Positions 49,874 to 62,767 of a stretch of DNA of 64,000 nt are shown here, piece after piece. Numbering within the stretch: the first letter of the stretch is position 1; every line of letters starts with the position of its first letter. Made by a program: the position numbers and the translations under genes. Under the pieces are notes generated by a model. The model did not search any database, was not told where the DNA came from, and saw nothing but the letters and a program-made list of their open reading frames with translations. Origin of the DNA: Octopus vulgaris. Taxonomy: Eukaryota. The stretch spans positions 192,696,001 to 192,760,000 of the forward strand of contig OX597814.1 in the NCBI GenBank assembly GCA_951406725.2. Direction: 5' to 3'.

Positions 49874-50989
49874 AAATTGACGGAAAAGTTACAGAAGTAT
49901 TTCAAGAGTTGAGAATTTTGTGCATGGCACTTTAGACATCCTCTGCAGACCATGTGATATGTAACATACAGAATTTAGCAACAAAACTGCAATAGATTGC
50001 TGTCAGCCCAAGTACTGCTTGAGGCTGTGCCTTTTTAGCTAATGAAACGATCTGCTTCAATTAATTTATCACAGCTAAGTCATCATTTGTTTCAGCATAG
50101 ATCAATTTGCTACAGTACAGTCATGCTGATTATAAGAATTCACAAAAATCAGGCAACATCATCATCATCATCCTCATCATCGTTTAACGTCCGCTTTCCA
50201 TGCTAGCATGGGTTGGATGATTTGACTGAGGACTGGAGAACCAGATGGCTGCACCAGGCTCCAATCTTGATATGGCAGAGTTTCTACAGCTTGGCAGCAA
50301 ATTTATATAATGATCTGGAAATTGCTATTCATACATCATCATCATCACCCTCCTCCTCCTCAATTAAAGTCTGTTTTCCATGCTGGCATGGGTTGGACAG
50401 CTTGACTGGATGTGGCGAGGCCAGGGACCACACCAAGTCCCATAGTCTATTTTTGGCTTGGTTTCTACCGCTGGATGCTCTTGCTAATGCCAACTACTTT
50501 ACAGAGTGTACTGAGAACTTTTTACAAGAGAGAGTCATCAGTGCTTTTTACATGGTACCAACACCAATGCTTTGGCAAGTTCATTTACACACAATTCCAT
50601 CCAGATATCGAGCTAAACACTAGCACAATATAATGGCTGTAGTTGAGAAAAGTTGGTAAGCCTATGTTTAATGACAAGCATCAAATCATTAACTTTGTTG
50701 AGCAGAGTTATGGGCATGATGTTTTATATCATGTCATCTCTCCGTCATCTTAGGACAGCTGCTATGTAGTGGTTGATGGTTGACCCTGTCAAAAGCTTTA
50801 GCCTTATTGAAATTGACTCATGCCTCACCAAAGCTAAATCTATTGACAGCCTGCTTCAATGTCATAGATAAACCTGCCGATGACCACATAGGTTTGTGTA
50901 TCACTACATTACTAACAACAAGTTTCAAAATCATTAACTCTGTATTGAGCAGAGTTATGGGTGAGAAGATTTTTTTATCATTCTCTCTT

Positions 50990-51505
50990 AGCAGTGCCAA
51001 TACCCAAATCGAAATCGATCAACATCAATGGAAATTGTTGCTGTGATACCAGTGCCGGTGGCATGTAAGCGAACCATCCGAACATGGCCATTGCCAGCGC
51101 AGCCCCGACGGGCCTCCGTGCTGGTAGCACGTAAAAAGCACCATCCGAGCGTGGCCATTGCCAGCTTTGCCTGGCCCCCATGCCGGTGGCACGTAAAAAG
51201 CACCATCTGACTGTGGCCGTTTGCTAGCCCCGTCTGGCACCTGTGCCGGTGGCACGTAAAAAGCACCATTCAACCGTGGCCGTTTGCCAGCCCCGTCTGG
51301 CACCTGTGCCGGTGGCACATAAAAAGCACCCACTACACTCACAGAGTGGTTGGCGTTAGGAAGGGCATCCAGCCGTAGAAACATTGTCAGATCAGACTGG
51401 GCCTGGTGCAGCCTTCTGGCTTCCCAGACCCCAGTTGAACCGTCCAACCCATGCTAGCATGGAAAGCGGACGCTAAGTGATGATGATGATGATGATGATG
51501 ATGAT
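50990..51505 (+). mobile_element. Family C copy with five internal modules
   Basis: gtgccggtggcacgtaaaaagcacc repeated; (GAT)n tail. Confidence 0.8.
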
Positions 51506-51793
51506 TGAGAATGCACTCAGCCAGCTACTTGTTTCAGTATATAGCGGTTAAGTGTGTATCATGGAAAACAGATGCAAATGGAATGTGTATGTCTTTAAAG
51601 TAAACAAATGCGTGAACCGATCCTTAATTAAAAATAATTTATTCACTGGACTTGATTTGTTATAGGTACATTTAATTCTTCACTACATACAAAATGTTGA
51701 CAACTGCTATGAGTTGCTAGAAATATAAACAGGGTACATTTTTGGAAGTCATATATCAGGAATGTATATGTTTGTGTGTGTGCGTAGTTCATT

Positions 51794-51990
51794 TAAGTTA
51801 AGTTAAGTTTTTGGCTCAAAAAGCAAAAGCAAGGCCATGTAGGGAGACATGGAGTTATGTACAGGGAGGGTGTTCATGCAAAGAGTTCAGGCTATTTCTG
51901 GTCAAGAGAGACTTTGAACCGAGTGGTCGTCGGCATCTTCACTATCTCGTCCGGCAGCTTATTCCACGGATCCGCAACCCGGACAGAGAC
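51794..51990 (-). mobile_element. CR1-like LINE 3' end with (TTAAC)n tail
   Basis: Minus strand RVADPWNKLPDEIVKMPTTTRFKVSLDQK; second copy at 53309. Confidence 0.8.
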
Positions 51991-53308
51991 AGTAGTCTAT
52001 CGTGGCACTTCGGACATTCTGTGCGGTCATTCAAAACCTGTTGTGTGGTCGACCTTCCTCGATGCCTGCAGGGATTTTCTCTCCCTTCGTCTCTGTTGAC
52101 CAACATATTTATAATAATCGTGGCAGCTAGAAAGACAGACATACTGCAGCAGAGTTTGTACCTAAATAGGTCAGCTCCTGTCCATTTGAACTTTGCCTGA
52201 CATGACTGAGGTCGTAGGTCAAAGGGAGATGATCAATCAATTTTTGACAGGACAAAGAAAACCTTTTTTCGCACCTGTTGATCGTCGTGGTTTGGACGTC
52301 CGAGAATTCTTAGATTCGGTTTCGAATTTAGGCTTGGAGAAGGAAGTATTAATTTTTACAAGTATACTGGTGCCAAGACAGGAGGATACAGATGCACTCA
52401 TCTTCCAGAATCTGAGTTCCTGTCTATAGTTCTATTCTAAGTTGATTGTATATGTTATGAATTTGTGGTCCTTGTAGCCCCTATCTGAAACTAAGGAAAA
52501 CATAGACTATCTAAATATGACTCGGATACCCTATTGTGATTTCTCTAAGTCCATATTAACATGTTCAAGAAATCAAGGCAAAAAGTTGTCAGTGTCTGGG
52601 AAGGTTTGCATCCCCTCTCTTATTGGTACCCTCACATAATTCCTGAGCATGCCCAAAATGCTGATCCAGCTACTCTCAAACTCTATTGGCAATGCTTGCA
52701 GGAGTGACTATATATCTAAAAAATTCCGACCCTACCTTCTCTCCTCAATGCATAAATATCCACTCATCTGATACCTCTTTCACCACCCAAACTGCTGCTC
52801 ATGTTCAGGGACTTCAGATATATATATGACGGACTTCTTTCAGTTTCCATCTACCAAATCCACTCACAAGGCTTTGGTCAGCCCGAGGCTATAGTAGAAG
52901 ACACTTTGCCCAAAGTGCCACACAGTGGGACTGAACCCGGAACCAAGTGGTTAGTAAGCAAGCTACTTACCACACAGCCACTCCTGTGTCTGTGGACAAG
53001 ATATCTAAAGAACCGTATTACAGTTTTCTTAGACTGAATTTACTATCTGAGTCTAGGAAACCATATTCATTTCTAGGCACAGGTTTTTCTGAAACAGTTC
53101 TTACACTGCTTCATCCAGACTGATCAAAAAGAGGAGGTTGAACCAGTTTGTAATCTGACAATGTTGAGTCGGTCTTCTACCTTCCATGCTGACCATAAGC
53201 AATGTATTTTTAAACTATTTATTTTAGTATAGCCATTTAAACAAAAAGTTGGGAAGATAGTTATTTACCCTGTTCATATTTTCACTTGAATTAAGAATTT
53301 CATCTTTG

Positions 53309-53620
53309 TTAAGTTAAGTTAAGTTAAGTTAAGTTAATTTTTTGTCTCAAAAAGCAAAAAGCAAGGCCTTGTAGGGGGACATGGAGTTATGTACAGGGAG
53401 GGTGTTCATGCAAAGAGTTCAGGCCATTTCTGGTCAAGAGAGACTTTGAACCGAGCGGTCGTCAGCATCTTCACTATCTCGTCCGGCAGCTTATTCCACG
53501 GATTCGCAACCCGGACGGAGAAAGCCCCTCTCCTTCGATTGAAATGAAATCGTCGCAGATAGAGCTTTTCGGAGCGACCCCGCAGCCAACGCTCTGGAGC
53601 AAGAGTGAAGAACAGCTGTT
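53309..53620 (-). mobile_element. CR1-like LINE 3' end with (TTAAC)n tail, copy 2
   Basis: Near-identical to 51794-51990 and extends further 5'. Confidence 0.8.
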
Positions 53621-53829
53621 AGAGAGAACGTACTCCATTAACTGCTTATCTTCTTTCAGAAAGCTGTATAATTGAGAGGTTTGAATGTGAGTTGTTATTG
53701 CTGTGGTTGTAATTATTGTAGCTCTTGTGGCTGTTATTCTTGATGTGCTTTTGATGTTGCTGTGCTTATTACCTCTGCCTTAACGAAGGTGGAGATATTG
53801 TTTTCAGTCATGTTTGTTTGTCTCTCTCG

Positions 53830-54237
53830 TTCTCTTTTCTCTCTTTTACTTGTTTCAGTCATTTGACTGTGGCCATACTGGAGCACCACCTTTAGTCGAG
53901 CAAATCGACCCCAGGACTTATTCTTTGTAAGCCTAGTACTTATTTTATCAGTCTCTTTTTCTGCCAAACCACTAAGTTACGGGGACGCAAACACACCAGC
54001 AAAGGTTGTCAAGCGATGTTGCGGGGACAAACACAGACACACAAACATATGTATGTATATACATTTATATATATACGGCGAGCTTCTTTCAGTTTCCATC
54101 TACCAAATCCACTCACAAGGCATTGGCTGGCCTGAGGCTATAGTAGAAGACACTTGCCCAAGGTGTCACGCAGTGGAACTGAACCCGGAACCATGTGGTT
54201 GGTAAGCAAGCTATTTACCACACAGTCACTCCTGCAT
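53830..54237 (-). mobile_element. SINE family A
   Basis: Full length. Confidence 0.85.
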
Positions 54238-54854
54238 CTGTGGACAAGATATCTCAAGAACCACTGGATGGATTCAAATGAAACTTTCAGGGATGTTTGG
54301 CTTCGTGACTGGCACAAACTGATTAGATTTTAGGATCGATCTAGTACCAGTCAAGGATTCTTGATTATTCTTCCTGTTTTTCTTACTTAATTTTTGAGAG
54401 CAGTTGGGTTCATTTTTAGTTTTCCCATTTGTGGGAGCAGTTGAGCTTATTTAATCGGTGTTGCCTTGGCAGAGGTTTGCACTGTCTGAGTGCTCTTGTC
54501 ATTGTTTTTGTTCTTGATGTTGCTGTTTTTGGTTTCTATCTCTTGTTGTTGAATTTTCTTTTTCTTGTTGATGTGATTGTTGGTTTGTCAAACGGTCAGA
54601 CTGTTTGACCGTTTATTATTATTATTATTTTTTTAATGTTGTTTTGTTTGGTAGGAAGCTTCAGTCACCAGATTGTCCCCTCTTCCATTTAGAATGCCCT
54701 TCCACTACCTGCCGTTCAGACATCTTTGGTTTGTGACTACACATGAGAGGATATATAAAGGCTTCCAATTACTTTATTTTTCCATGATTTTAGTTGCTGT
54801 AGGTGATGATGGTGGGGAACATTTCTTTAGAATCCATTTACAACAACAACGATG

Positions 54855-54902
<48 letters not shown>

Positions 54903-55203
54903 CATACATTGAGCTTCTATGCCCTAGGTGTTTGGAAAACATTCGGCGAGAAATGGAAGAAAATTTGAAGAAATAAGAAAAAAAAAAATCCTTTATACTG
55001 GAAGCACAAGGCCTCAAATTTGGGAGAAGGGATTAAGTTAATTACATTGACCCCAGTGCATAACTGGTACTTATTTAATTAACTCCGAAAGGATGAAAGG
55101 CAAAGTTGACCTCGGTGAAATTTGAACTTAGAATGTAGCAGCAGATGAAATACTGCTAAGCATTTTGCCAGGCATGCTAACGATTCTGCCAGCTTGCTGC
55201 CTT

Positions 55204-55237
55204 TAATAATAATAATAATAATAATAATAATGATAAC

Positions 55238-55292
<55 letters not shown>
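55204..55292. repeat. (AAT)n microsatellite (others at 54855-54900, 57873-57917, 58110-58150, 58645-58673)
   Basis: Directly visible. Confidence 0.95.
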
Positions 55293-55296
<4 letters not shown>

Positions 55297-55718
55297 CATG
55301 CCTCCTCATTGATATGACTGTCCCAACTGATATAAACATATCTGTCAAGACCTACCAGAAACTGAGCAAATAAAAAGATCTTGAAATAGAAATCAGCAAA
55401 ATGTGGAACCTGAAGACTAAAACAATACCTGTTGTCATAGGTGCCCTGGGAATGATAGCAAAAGGGGCTGAGATAGTGCTCATGGGAACTGCTCATATAT
55501 CACACTCAAAATACTTTCTATGTAATCTCAAGTTTTAAAACAAACATAATTTTCGTATGGTTTTTTAGACATTCACTAGTACAACACTAAGTACAAAACC
55601 AAATATATGGCACCCTAGGCATAACACCAACACGAACTTCCAACTTGTTGTTTCTTGAGGTCTCTGGGTGAGACTTGGAACCAGCTTGTGCAAATGTAAA
55701 GCAAAAGTCAAACATAGA
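55292..55718 (+). mobile_element. R4/Dong-like non-LTR 3' fragment (restriction-like endonuclease)
   Basis: CLLIDMTVPTDINISVKTYQKLSK*KDLEIEISKMWNLKTKTIPVVIGALG; bracketed by (AAT)n. Confidence 0.75.
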
Positions 55719-55819
55719 ATAATAATAATAATAATAATGATGATGATGATGATAATGATAATAATAATGGTTTTAAATTTCGATGCAAGGCCAGTAATTT
55801 TGAGGGCGGGCTTAAGAGC

Positions 55820-56055
55820 CTCAAAAGTGAATGTGGTACATATTGTGATCAGTCCACTTGGGACCATCTCAAACAAAACAATACTCTGGCACCAAAAGCT
55901 GCCAATACCAAACATTGGTGGCAATACTGGGAACAGCTCATGTTTTGAACCTGAAAAAGACAGATGATCTCTCAAAATATTGTTCAAACAGTTAAATAAA
56001 CAATCTGTTACAAATTGCATCATGTTCTTCTTGTTGTCTATTTACCTTTGTGAAG
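55820..56055 (+). mobile_element. Degenerate R4/Dong-like 3' fragment
   Basis: VNVVHIVISPLGTI...AILGTAHVL. Confidence 0.5.
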
Positions 56056-56082
56056 AGTTATGTCAATCTTTATAATAATAAT

Positions 56083-56432
56083 GATATCAATACCAACAAA
56101 TGACAATATTTCTCTAAAAGAAATGGAGAAACTTTCAAAATACAAAGACCTGGAAATAGAGGTAACTCGAATGTGGAATCTAAAAACAGAAACAATTCCT
56201 ATCATAGTAGGAGCATTAGGTATGATAAAGAAATATTCAGACAAATACATAGCAAAAACACCAGGACTTACAAATATATATAACATAAATAAAATAGCAC
56301 TACTAGGCACTGCACACATCCTACGCAGAACACTTTCCATACAATAACCATCAGAGCATCACAACAAACCACAGCACATACCCAAGGCACACAGCAGGGA
56401 AGTGAAAGCACGCTATAAAAATTAAAATACTG
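56083..56432 (+). mobile_element. R4/Dong-like 3' fragment
   Basis: SIPTNDNISLKEMEKLSKYKDLEIEVTRMWNLKTETIPIIVGALG...ALLGTAHILRRTL; (AAT)n on both sides. Confidence 0.8.
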
Positions 56433-56472
56433 AATAATAATAATAATAATAATATGATTAAAAAATAATATA

Positions 56473-56637
56473 ATGTACAGAAAATTGCACTACTGGGCAC
56501 TGCACACATCCTACGCAAAACACTTTCAATACAGTAACCATAAGAGCATCACAACAAACCACAGCACATACCCAAGGCACACAGAGCTGCACTCAGTAGT
56601 GCAGTGAAAGCACGTGATAAAAATAAGACTACTGACT
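56473..56637 (+). mobile_element. R4/Dong-like short 3' fragment
   Basis: QKIALLGTAHILRKTLSIQ plus the same 3' UTR as the 56083 copy. Confidence 0.75.
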
Positions 56638-56674
56638 AATGATGATGATTATAATAACAGTAGTAGTAGCAACC

Positions 56675-57607
56675 TCTCTTGAAAGTTGACAAAGTTTGGT
56701 ATTGTGGTGTTTATGAAGTACCTGCAGAAAATTGCTTTAGTCCATAACATTCATGCTGATATTATCCCCTAACGTTGCTACATTAAGGGATAATTTTCCA
56801 TCTTTGTCAACAGTGCAAAAGTGGGCAGCTGAATTTAGGAGGGGAAGAAACAGGCTTGTAGGCGACCCAAGGTCTGGACGTCTTGCGACTGCCACTCCTG
56901 AGGAGAACATTCGTCGCATGTACCACATGGTGATGGATGACAGGTGTTTGACTATAAATCAAATAGCAATTAACATACCCCATGAGAGAGTTGAGAATAT
57001 TCTGCACAATGAACTTGGCATGATGAAGGTTTTCTGTTCAGTGGGTGCTACATCTTCTGACACCTGATCAAAAGTGCACCAGGCTGATTAGATCGTGGGA
57101 AAATCTGACATCATTTGAGGCAGATCCATCTGCTTTCCTTGAATGTTTTCGAACCCAGGATAAGTGTTGGCTTCATCACTTTGAACTGAAGATAGGCGCA
57201 GGAATGGCTGTGTGGTAAGTAGCTTGCTTACCAACCACATGGTTCCGGGTTCAGTCCCACTGCGTGGCACTTTGGGCAAGTATCTTCTACTATAGCCTCG
57301 GGCCGACCAAAGCCTTGTGAGTGGATTTGGTAGACAGAAACTGAAAGAAGCCTGTCGTATATATGTATATATATGTATGTGTGTGTAGGTTTGTGTGTCT
57401 GTGTTTGTCCCCCTAGCATTGCTTGACAACCGATGCTGGTGTGTTTACGTCTCCGTATTTCACTTGGCGTGCCAACATTTCTGCCAGCTCGCCGCCTTAT
57501 CCAGCACTGCAATACCAATGGAAGAAGTGTGTTGAGAAGTAAACCTCATTTGGTTACATTTCAAGAAAATTTTGGTCAGCCTAGGAACTTTTCAGCCAAC
57601 CCTCGTA
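56675..57607 (+). mobile_element. Mariner transposon relic, interrupted by a family A SINE (57194-57455)
   Basis: PSLSTVQKWAAEFRRGR...DPRSGR...DDRCLTINQIA...ILHNELGM is a mariner HTH region; right TIR-like ggaacttttcagccaaccctcg-TA at about 57584-57608. Confidence 0.8.
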
Positions 57608-57871
57608 TAATGAAGGAATTGAGGTTTTAAAAGTACAGTTAAATGATTTAGTGGCCTTGTGATTGCCTACTCTTTACTCTTTTACTTGTTGCAGTCATTT
57701 GACTGTGGCCATGCTGGAGCACCGCCTTTAGTCAAGCAAATCGACCCCAGGACTTATTCTTTGTAAGCCTAGTACTTATTCTATCAGTCTCTTTTGCCAA
57801 ACTGCTAAGTTACGGGGACGCAAACACACCAGCATCGGTTGTCAAGCGATGTAACCCCTCTAATATTAACC

Positions 57872-57916
<45 letters not shown>

Positions 57917-57918
<2 letters not shown>

Positions 57919-58108
57919 CAAAAACACCAGGACTTACAAACATATAACATACAGAAAATTGCACAACTGGGCACTGCACACATCCTATGCAAAACACTTT
58001 CAATACAGTAACCATCGGAGCATCACAACAAATAACAATACATACCCAAGGCACACAGAGCTGCGCTCGGTAGTGAAGTGAAAGCACGCTATAAAAATAA
58101 AACTACTG
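57917..58108 (+). mobile_element. R4/Dong-like short 3' fragment
   Basis: Same family as 56083/56473; between (AAT)n tracts. Confidence 0.75.
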
Positions 58109-58173
58109 AATAATAATAATGATGATAATAATAATAATAATAATAATAAGAAGAAGAAGAAGAAGAAGAAGAA

Positions 58174-58640
58174 AGACCAAAACAATAAAGTTTGCTTATT
58201 GATTGACATGAGCATCCCCTGTGATCATAATATCTCGACAAAAGAGTTTGACAAGCTCAGAAAATATAAAAACCTGCTCATTGAAATTGAGAAAATGTGG
58301 CATCTCAAGGCGGTTACAATACCAGTGATCGTAGGAGCACTAGGAATGATCAAGAAGGGAACCGAAAATTATATGAGAATGATCCCTGGCTTACCATCCC
58401 TGCAAGAAGTGCAAATGATTGTCTTAACTGGTACATCACACGTATTGAGAAGAGCATTGTCGATGTGAGAATTGTTACTACCCATGTATTTTAATTTAAC
58501 TTAAAAAAAAAAAAAAAATGAACGAACTAGTGAGTTTAGTTTAATGGCCTACCAATGTATACTATGAGTTTCTTTGCCCTAGGAGTCGGGAAGACACTCG
58601 GCAAGAAATGGAAGCAAATTTGAAAGAAGAAGAAAAAAAA
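58174..58640 (+). mobile_element. R4/Dong-like 3' fragment (another subfamily; its 3' UTR also occurs alone at about 54901-54990)
   Basis: LIDMSIPCDHNISTKEFDKLRKYKNLLIEIEKMWHLKAVTIPVIVGALG...GTSHVLRRALSM. Confidence 0.8.
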
Positions 58641-58934
58641 GATGATAATAATAATAATAATAATAATAATAATCCTTTCTACTAAAGGCACAAGGCCTGA
58701 GATTTGGTGGTGGGAGACTAGTCGATTACATTGACTCCAGCGTTGGTATTTAATTTATCAACCCCGAAAGGATGATAGGCAAAGTCGACCTCGGCAGAAT
58801 TTGAACTCGAGACTGGAAAGCAAAAAAGTAATCCGAAAGAAGTTAAAGGAGTTATCTCCCTTATACCATAAATTATAAGGCTGAAATATAAAAATTAATA
58901 TCGAGGCCAATCTCACCACCGCGGACTTATAATA

Positions 58935-59310
58935 CTAATGAAATTATTGTATACAGTGCTCAGGTGCACCACGACTTGTCAAAAGTGTGTATAAAGAATA
59001 TGCATTAATGTACAAATGTCTGGAAAGTGAACAGTGTATGAGTCAGATACATGCTTGTGTGTATATGGAGGGGAGAAAATCAGGTGTGGTGTTGGTGAAT
59101 CTCAGGAAGCATGGACGTTTTGAAGGATGCAGTGCTCCGACAACTAACAATTGATGCCAGGAGTTTGTTCCATGCTTCAGCAACTCTTAGCATGAAAAAA
59201 TGTTTCCGAAAGTCATGGGAGCTGTGCTGTTTTCTGACTTTGTAAACATGTCCTCGGTGGAGTTTGAAAAGGTGTTCAGAGTTGTTAGTAAGATGGTTAA
59301 TAATTTTATT
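58935..59310 (-). mobile_element. CR1-like LINE 3' end (different family)
   Basis: RGHVYKVRKQHSSHDFRKHFFMLRVAEAWNKL...SFK is the typical CR1 C-terminal motif. Confidence 0.8.
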
Positions 59311-59860
59311 ATAGACGTCACGCTCGACTTGGGCTCCTGTACATACAGGCCCTACTGCAAGCCAAGTGAGAGGTTGACATACATAAACACAGCCTCCTGC
59401 CACCCACCCATCGTGTTCAGAAACCTGGAAAAGGGTGTCAGCAAGACGATTACGAATCTTTCCTCATGCCGAGAGATTTTTGACGCAGCAGCACCCTATA
59501 TAAAGAGACACTAGTTGCTGGTGGATTTTGTGATCGCATCTTCTACATGCCGGATCTTAACACCCGCAGAAGGAAGTGCTTCAAAGTTAAAACGTGGAAA
59601 GGTAGAATATTCCCTAGGCTTGTAGATAAACACTCCACACGTTCACATAGGTACGGATGCATTTTCAAAGGACACAACCCGAGGGTCTCTTTTAGCCGCG
59701 CCCTTAATATTAAGAGCATTCTTATTAATACTCCAAGGCCACGAGTGGAGGCGGGATGCTCATGCAGGGACTATATTAGATGCCTAGTGGGAGGCCATTG
59801 CGAAACCAAGGGAGTCATCTATGAAGCTGGGGTGGTAGCCGACCTTTGCAGCAGCAGGTT
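59310..59860 (+). mobile_element. Penelope-like element relic (RT C-terminus, Cys linker, start of GIY-YIG endonuclease)
   Basis: DVTLDLGSCTYRPYCKPSERLTYINTASCHPPIVFRNL...NLSSCREIFDAAAPY, then RLVDKH...RVSFS...CSCRDYIRCLVGGHCETKGVIYEAGV; frameshifted. Confidence 0.8.
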
Positions 59861-60855
59861 TCCAATAATTATGGGTGGACACTAAAGAGGGAACGGTTTT
59901 GCTATCCAGCTCTGTTTACGAGTGACCCCTTAGTTTATGGCCACAGGGTATCTTTTTTTCTCATAAATAACAGTGACACACTGATATGACACCGCCAGAA
60001 AATGTTGTTGACAAACTACGGCAGAAATTGTATTCACCTCAATAGACGTCATTGATTGGTTGAAATTGCCGAAATGCAAGAAATTAGACAACAAATAGCT
60101 TACAAACTACAGAATTTTCTCAAGAAAGCCCCCCCCCAAAAAAGATGCTTTATGTAACATACTACCAGTATACGAAGTTTAAAAGTGTTTAGTTACAAAG
60201 AAATTATTTGAAAAATTTGCCAGTCAAAGCGAAAAGATCCAAAACTTTCGTTGTCGTAATATATTGCTTTCGTTTTGTTCAATAAAATGTATCACACAGA
60301 AAATGCTAGCTGCCAAATTCTGTTTTCTGATTTAGCGTAAATAATCAAAATCTTAAACTTCTATAACATTTTTTCAAAAATTTTCCTAGAACAAGTGAAT
60401 ATCAGATTCAACGGGCAATCTTAAATAACAGACAAATCTCTCTAAACGTCACTCGCTAACGGAAAATACACTTGCGCGTACGGACCCATATAAAAGAACT
60501 TCCTGTTTTCCTCTCCCACCAGTTTGTCTGTCTCCCTCATTTACTCCTCCCTATTTTCCTATTTGCATCTCACTTTCTCTCACTGAACTCTCTCCTTCCT
60601 ATAATATTTCCCCTCTATTCCCCGCTTTCCTTCTCTGTCACGCATGTAGCTATTTGACAGCCATGTACCCCAATGTATTGCTTTGTCTGTCCTTGTGCTG
60701 TCTCCGCTAAGTTATGGCCGTAGTGCCAAAATAAAGAAGGAAATGTTTATTATACATGCATTTACGAGATGGCGCTAAGGACGATATCGCAGGGTGAGAG
60801 CTTGGAAAACTTTGTATCCTCCCTTCCACTTTTACAGAAAACCCAAGGTATATGC

Positions 60856-61539
60856 GGTACTACTAGCGCAGAACCGTTAGCACGCCGGGCAAAATGCTTA
60901 GCGGTATTTCGTCTGCGTTACGTTCTGAGTTCAAATTCCGCCGAGGTCGACTTTGCCTTTCATCCTTTTGGAGTCGATAAATAAAGCACCAGTTATGCAC
61001 TGGGTCGATGTAATCGACTTAATCCGTTTGTCTGTCCTTGTTTGTCCTCTCTGTGTTTAGCCCCTTGTGGGTAGTAAAGAAATAGGTACTACTAGCAAAC
61101 AGTGGTCCCGGTGCGCGCACTCGCGCATTCGTGCTAGCTAGTCGTAAGTAGTCGATCCTACAACGACTTGCGCGTATGTTTGTATTTCAAGGCTGAATAC
61201 ATATCAAAGAAAATTAAATAATATTTTTCGAACAAAGTATATAAAACGCAAAGTAAATAATTTTTTAAACTAAGTAAATAAATTATTTTTTAAAACAATG
61301 TATATAATTTTTTTTACACAAATTAAATATTTTTCGAACAAAGTAAATAATTTTTAAAACTAAGTAAATAAATTATTTTTATAAACAAACTAAGGTTAGG
61401 GTTAAAAAATTAGGTTTACGGTTAGGGTTAGGCTTAGGTTTACGGTTAGGGTTAGGGTTAAGAAGTCGTTGTAGGATCGACTACTTACGACTATCTAGCA
61501 CGGATGCGCGCACCGGGACCACTGTTCGCTAGTAGTACC
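60856..61539. mobile_element. MULE-like foldback element with internal TTAGGG repeats and a nested SINE
   Basis: Long TIRs ggtactactagc(g/a)aacagtggtcccggtgcgcgca...tagtcgtaagtagtcgatcctacaacgactt; perfect 9-bp TSD ggtatatgc at 60847-60855 and 61540-61548. Confidence 0.8.
60868..61084 (+). mobile_element. SINE family B inserted in the left TIR of the MULE-like element
   Basis: 12-bp duplication ggtactactagc at 60856-60867 and 61085-61096. Confidence 0.85.
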
Positions 61540-61758
61540 GGTATATGCATGAGAGCACACTGGCTTTGATTGCTATGACTTATGTTCGTAATAATGGATA
61601 TCCTGATCTTTTCATCACTTTTACTTGGAATCCTAAACAGTACGAAGTCCAGAGATATTTCCAAGGCAGTTCTACACCAGTTGGAATGATCTAATAGCAA
61701 AACTATAATTTAGTGGATCCAGTATCAATATGGCTAAAACACATGATCTGGAACAATA

Positions 61759-62149
61759 TCTTTATATATAAAAGTAAGGTTGTGTGTCTGTCTCCTACGA
61801 TTTAGATTCCTAACTACTCCCACATTTTGCAGTGCAGTTTAACCAAAACCGGGTATCTTATAGTCGTGATTCATATCGAGCCCTTCTGGGTATTAGCGAG
61901 CGTCTACGATGAGTATACGATTAAAAAAAAAAAATTTACCATCATTTTTTTCCATTTTAATGCATTTTTTTTGCTATTATATAAGGGAAGTAACTCTCTT
62001 AAAATGTCTACGATGAGTCAACGGTTAAAAGAAAAATTTACCATCATTTTTTTCCCATTTTTAATGCATTTTTTTGGCTATAACTCTCTAAAAATGCTTA
62101 TATAGTTATTTCCCTTACAAATCCGAGCAACGCCGGGCGATACTGCTAG
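61759..62149 (+). mobile_element. Non-autonomous Helitron
   Basis: A|TC start, ccgagcaacgccggg hairpin, CTAG|T end, no TSD. Confidence 0.8.
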
Positions 62150-62259
62150 TTATAAATAAAACTGCAATGTCCTGGTAGGAATTATCAATTCTGTTATTTA
62201 AAATGTTACAGTTTAACACCTTTTCTAATATTTTAATCCACCTATAAACGTAAACGTGC

Positions 62260-62560
62260 AGGCGCAATGGCCCAATGGTTAAGGCAGCGGACTTGCGTTC
62301 GTAGGATCGCGGTTTCGATTCCAAGACCGGGCGTTGTGAGTGTTTATTGAGCGAAAACACCTAAAGCTCCACGATGCTCCAGCAGCGGATGGTGGCGAAC
62401 CCTGCTGTACTCTTCTGCCACAACTTTCTCTCACTCTTTCTTCTGATGGCCTGCTCGCTTAGCCAGCGGGGTAGCGTCATTTGAAGGCTAAAAAAACAAT
62501 GCGAAGCGCATTGTGACCAGCGATGTGTAGCAACATCTGATAGCCTGGTCGGTCACGCTG
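62260..62560 (+). mobile_element. SINE family D
   Basis: ggcgcaatggcccaatggttaaggcagcggact head shared with the 11823 copy. Confidence 0.75.
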
Positions 62561-62767
62561 ATACAAGTAAATATTTATTTATTTACATGTCTATCTATTC
62601 GTCTCTATGCCAATCAATATGGCTAAAATACATTATCTGGAACAATATTTATAAATAAAACTGCAATGTCCTGGTAGGAATTATTAATTCTGTTAAACAT
62701 GTTGATTGATAGACAAAGAGACTAATAGATACACATGTAAATAAACCGCGAAACATTTATAGATATA

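Noticed and set aside
50670-50965. Direct repeat aaatcattaact...ttgagcagagttatggg about 250 bp apart, with short ORFs on both strands
   Set aside because: No ribozyme core, recognisable protein or terminal structure; cannot classify.
61391-61460. TTAGGG repeats as a chromosome end or fusion scar
   Set aside because: Short, degenerate and enclosed within a TIR element with a TSD.
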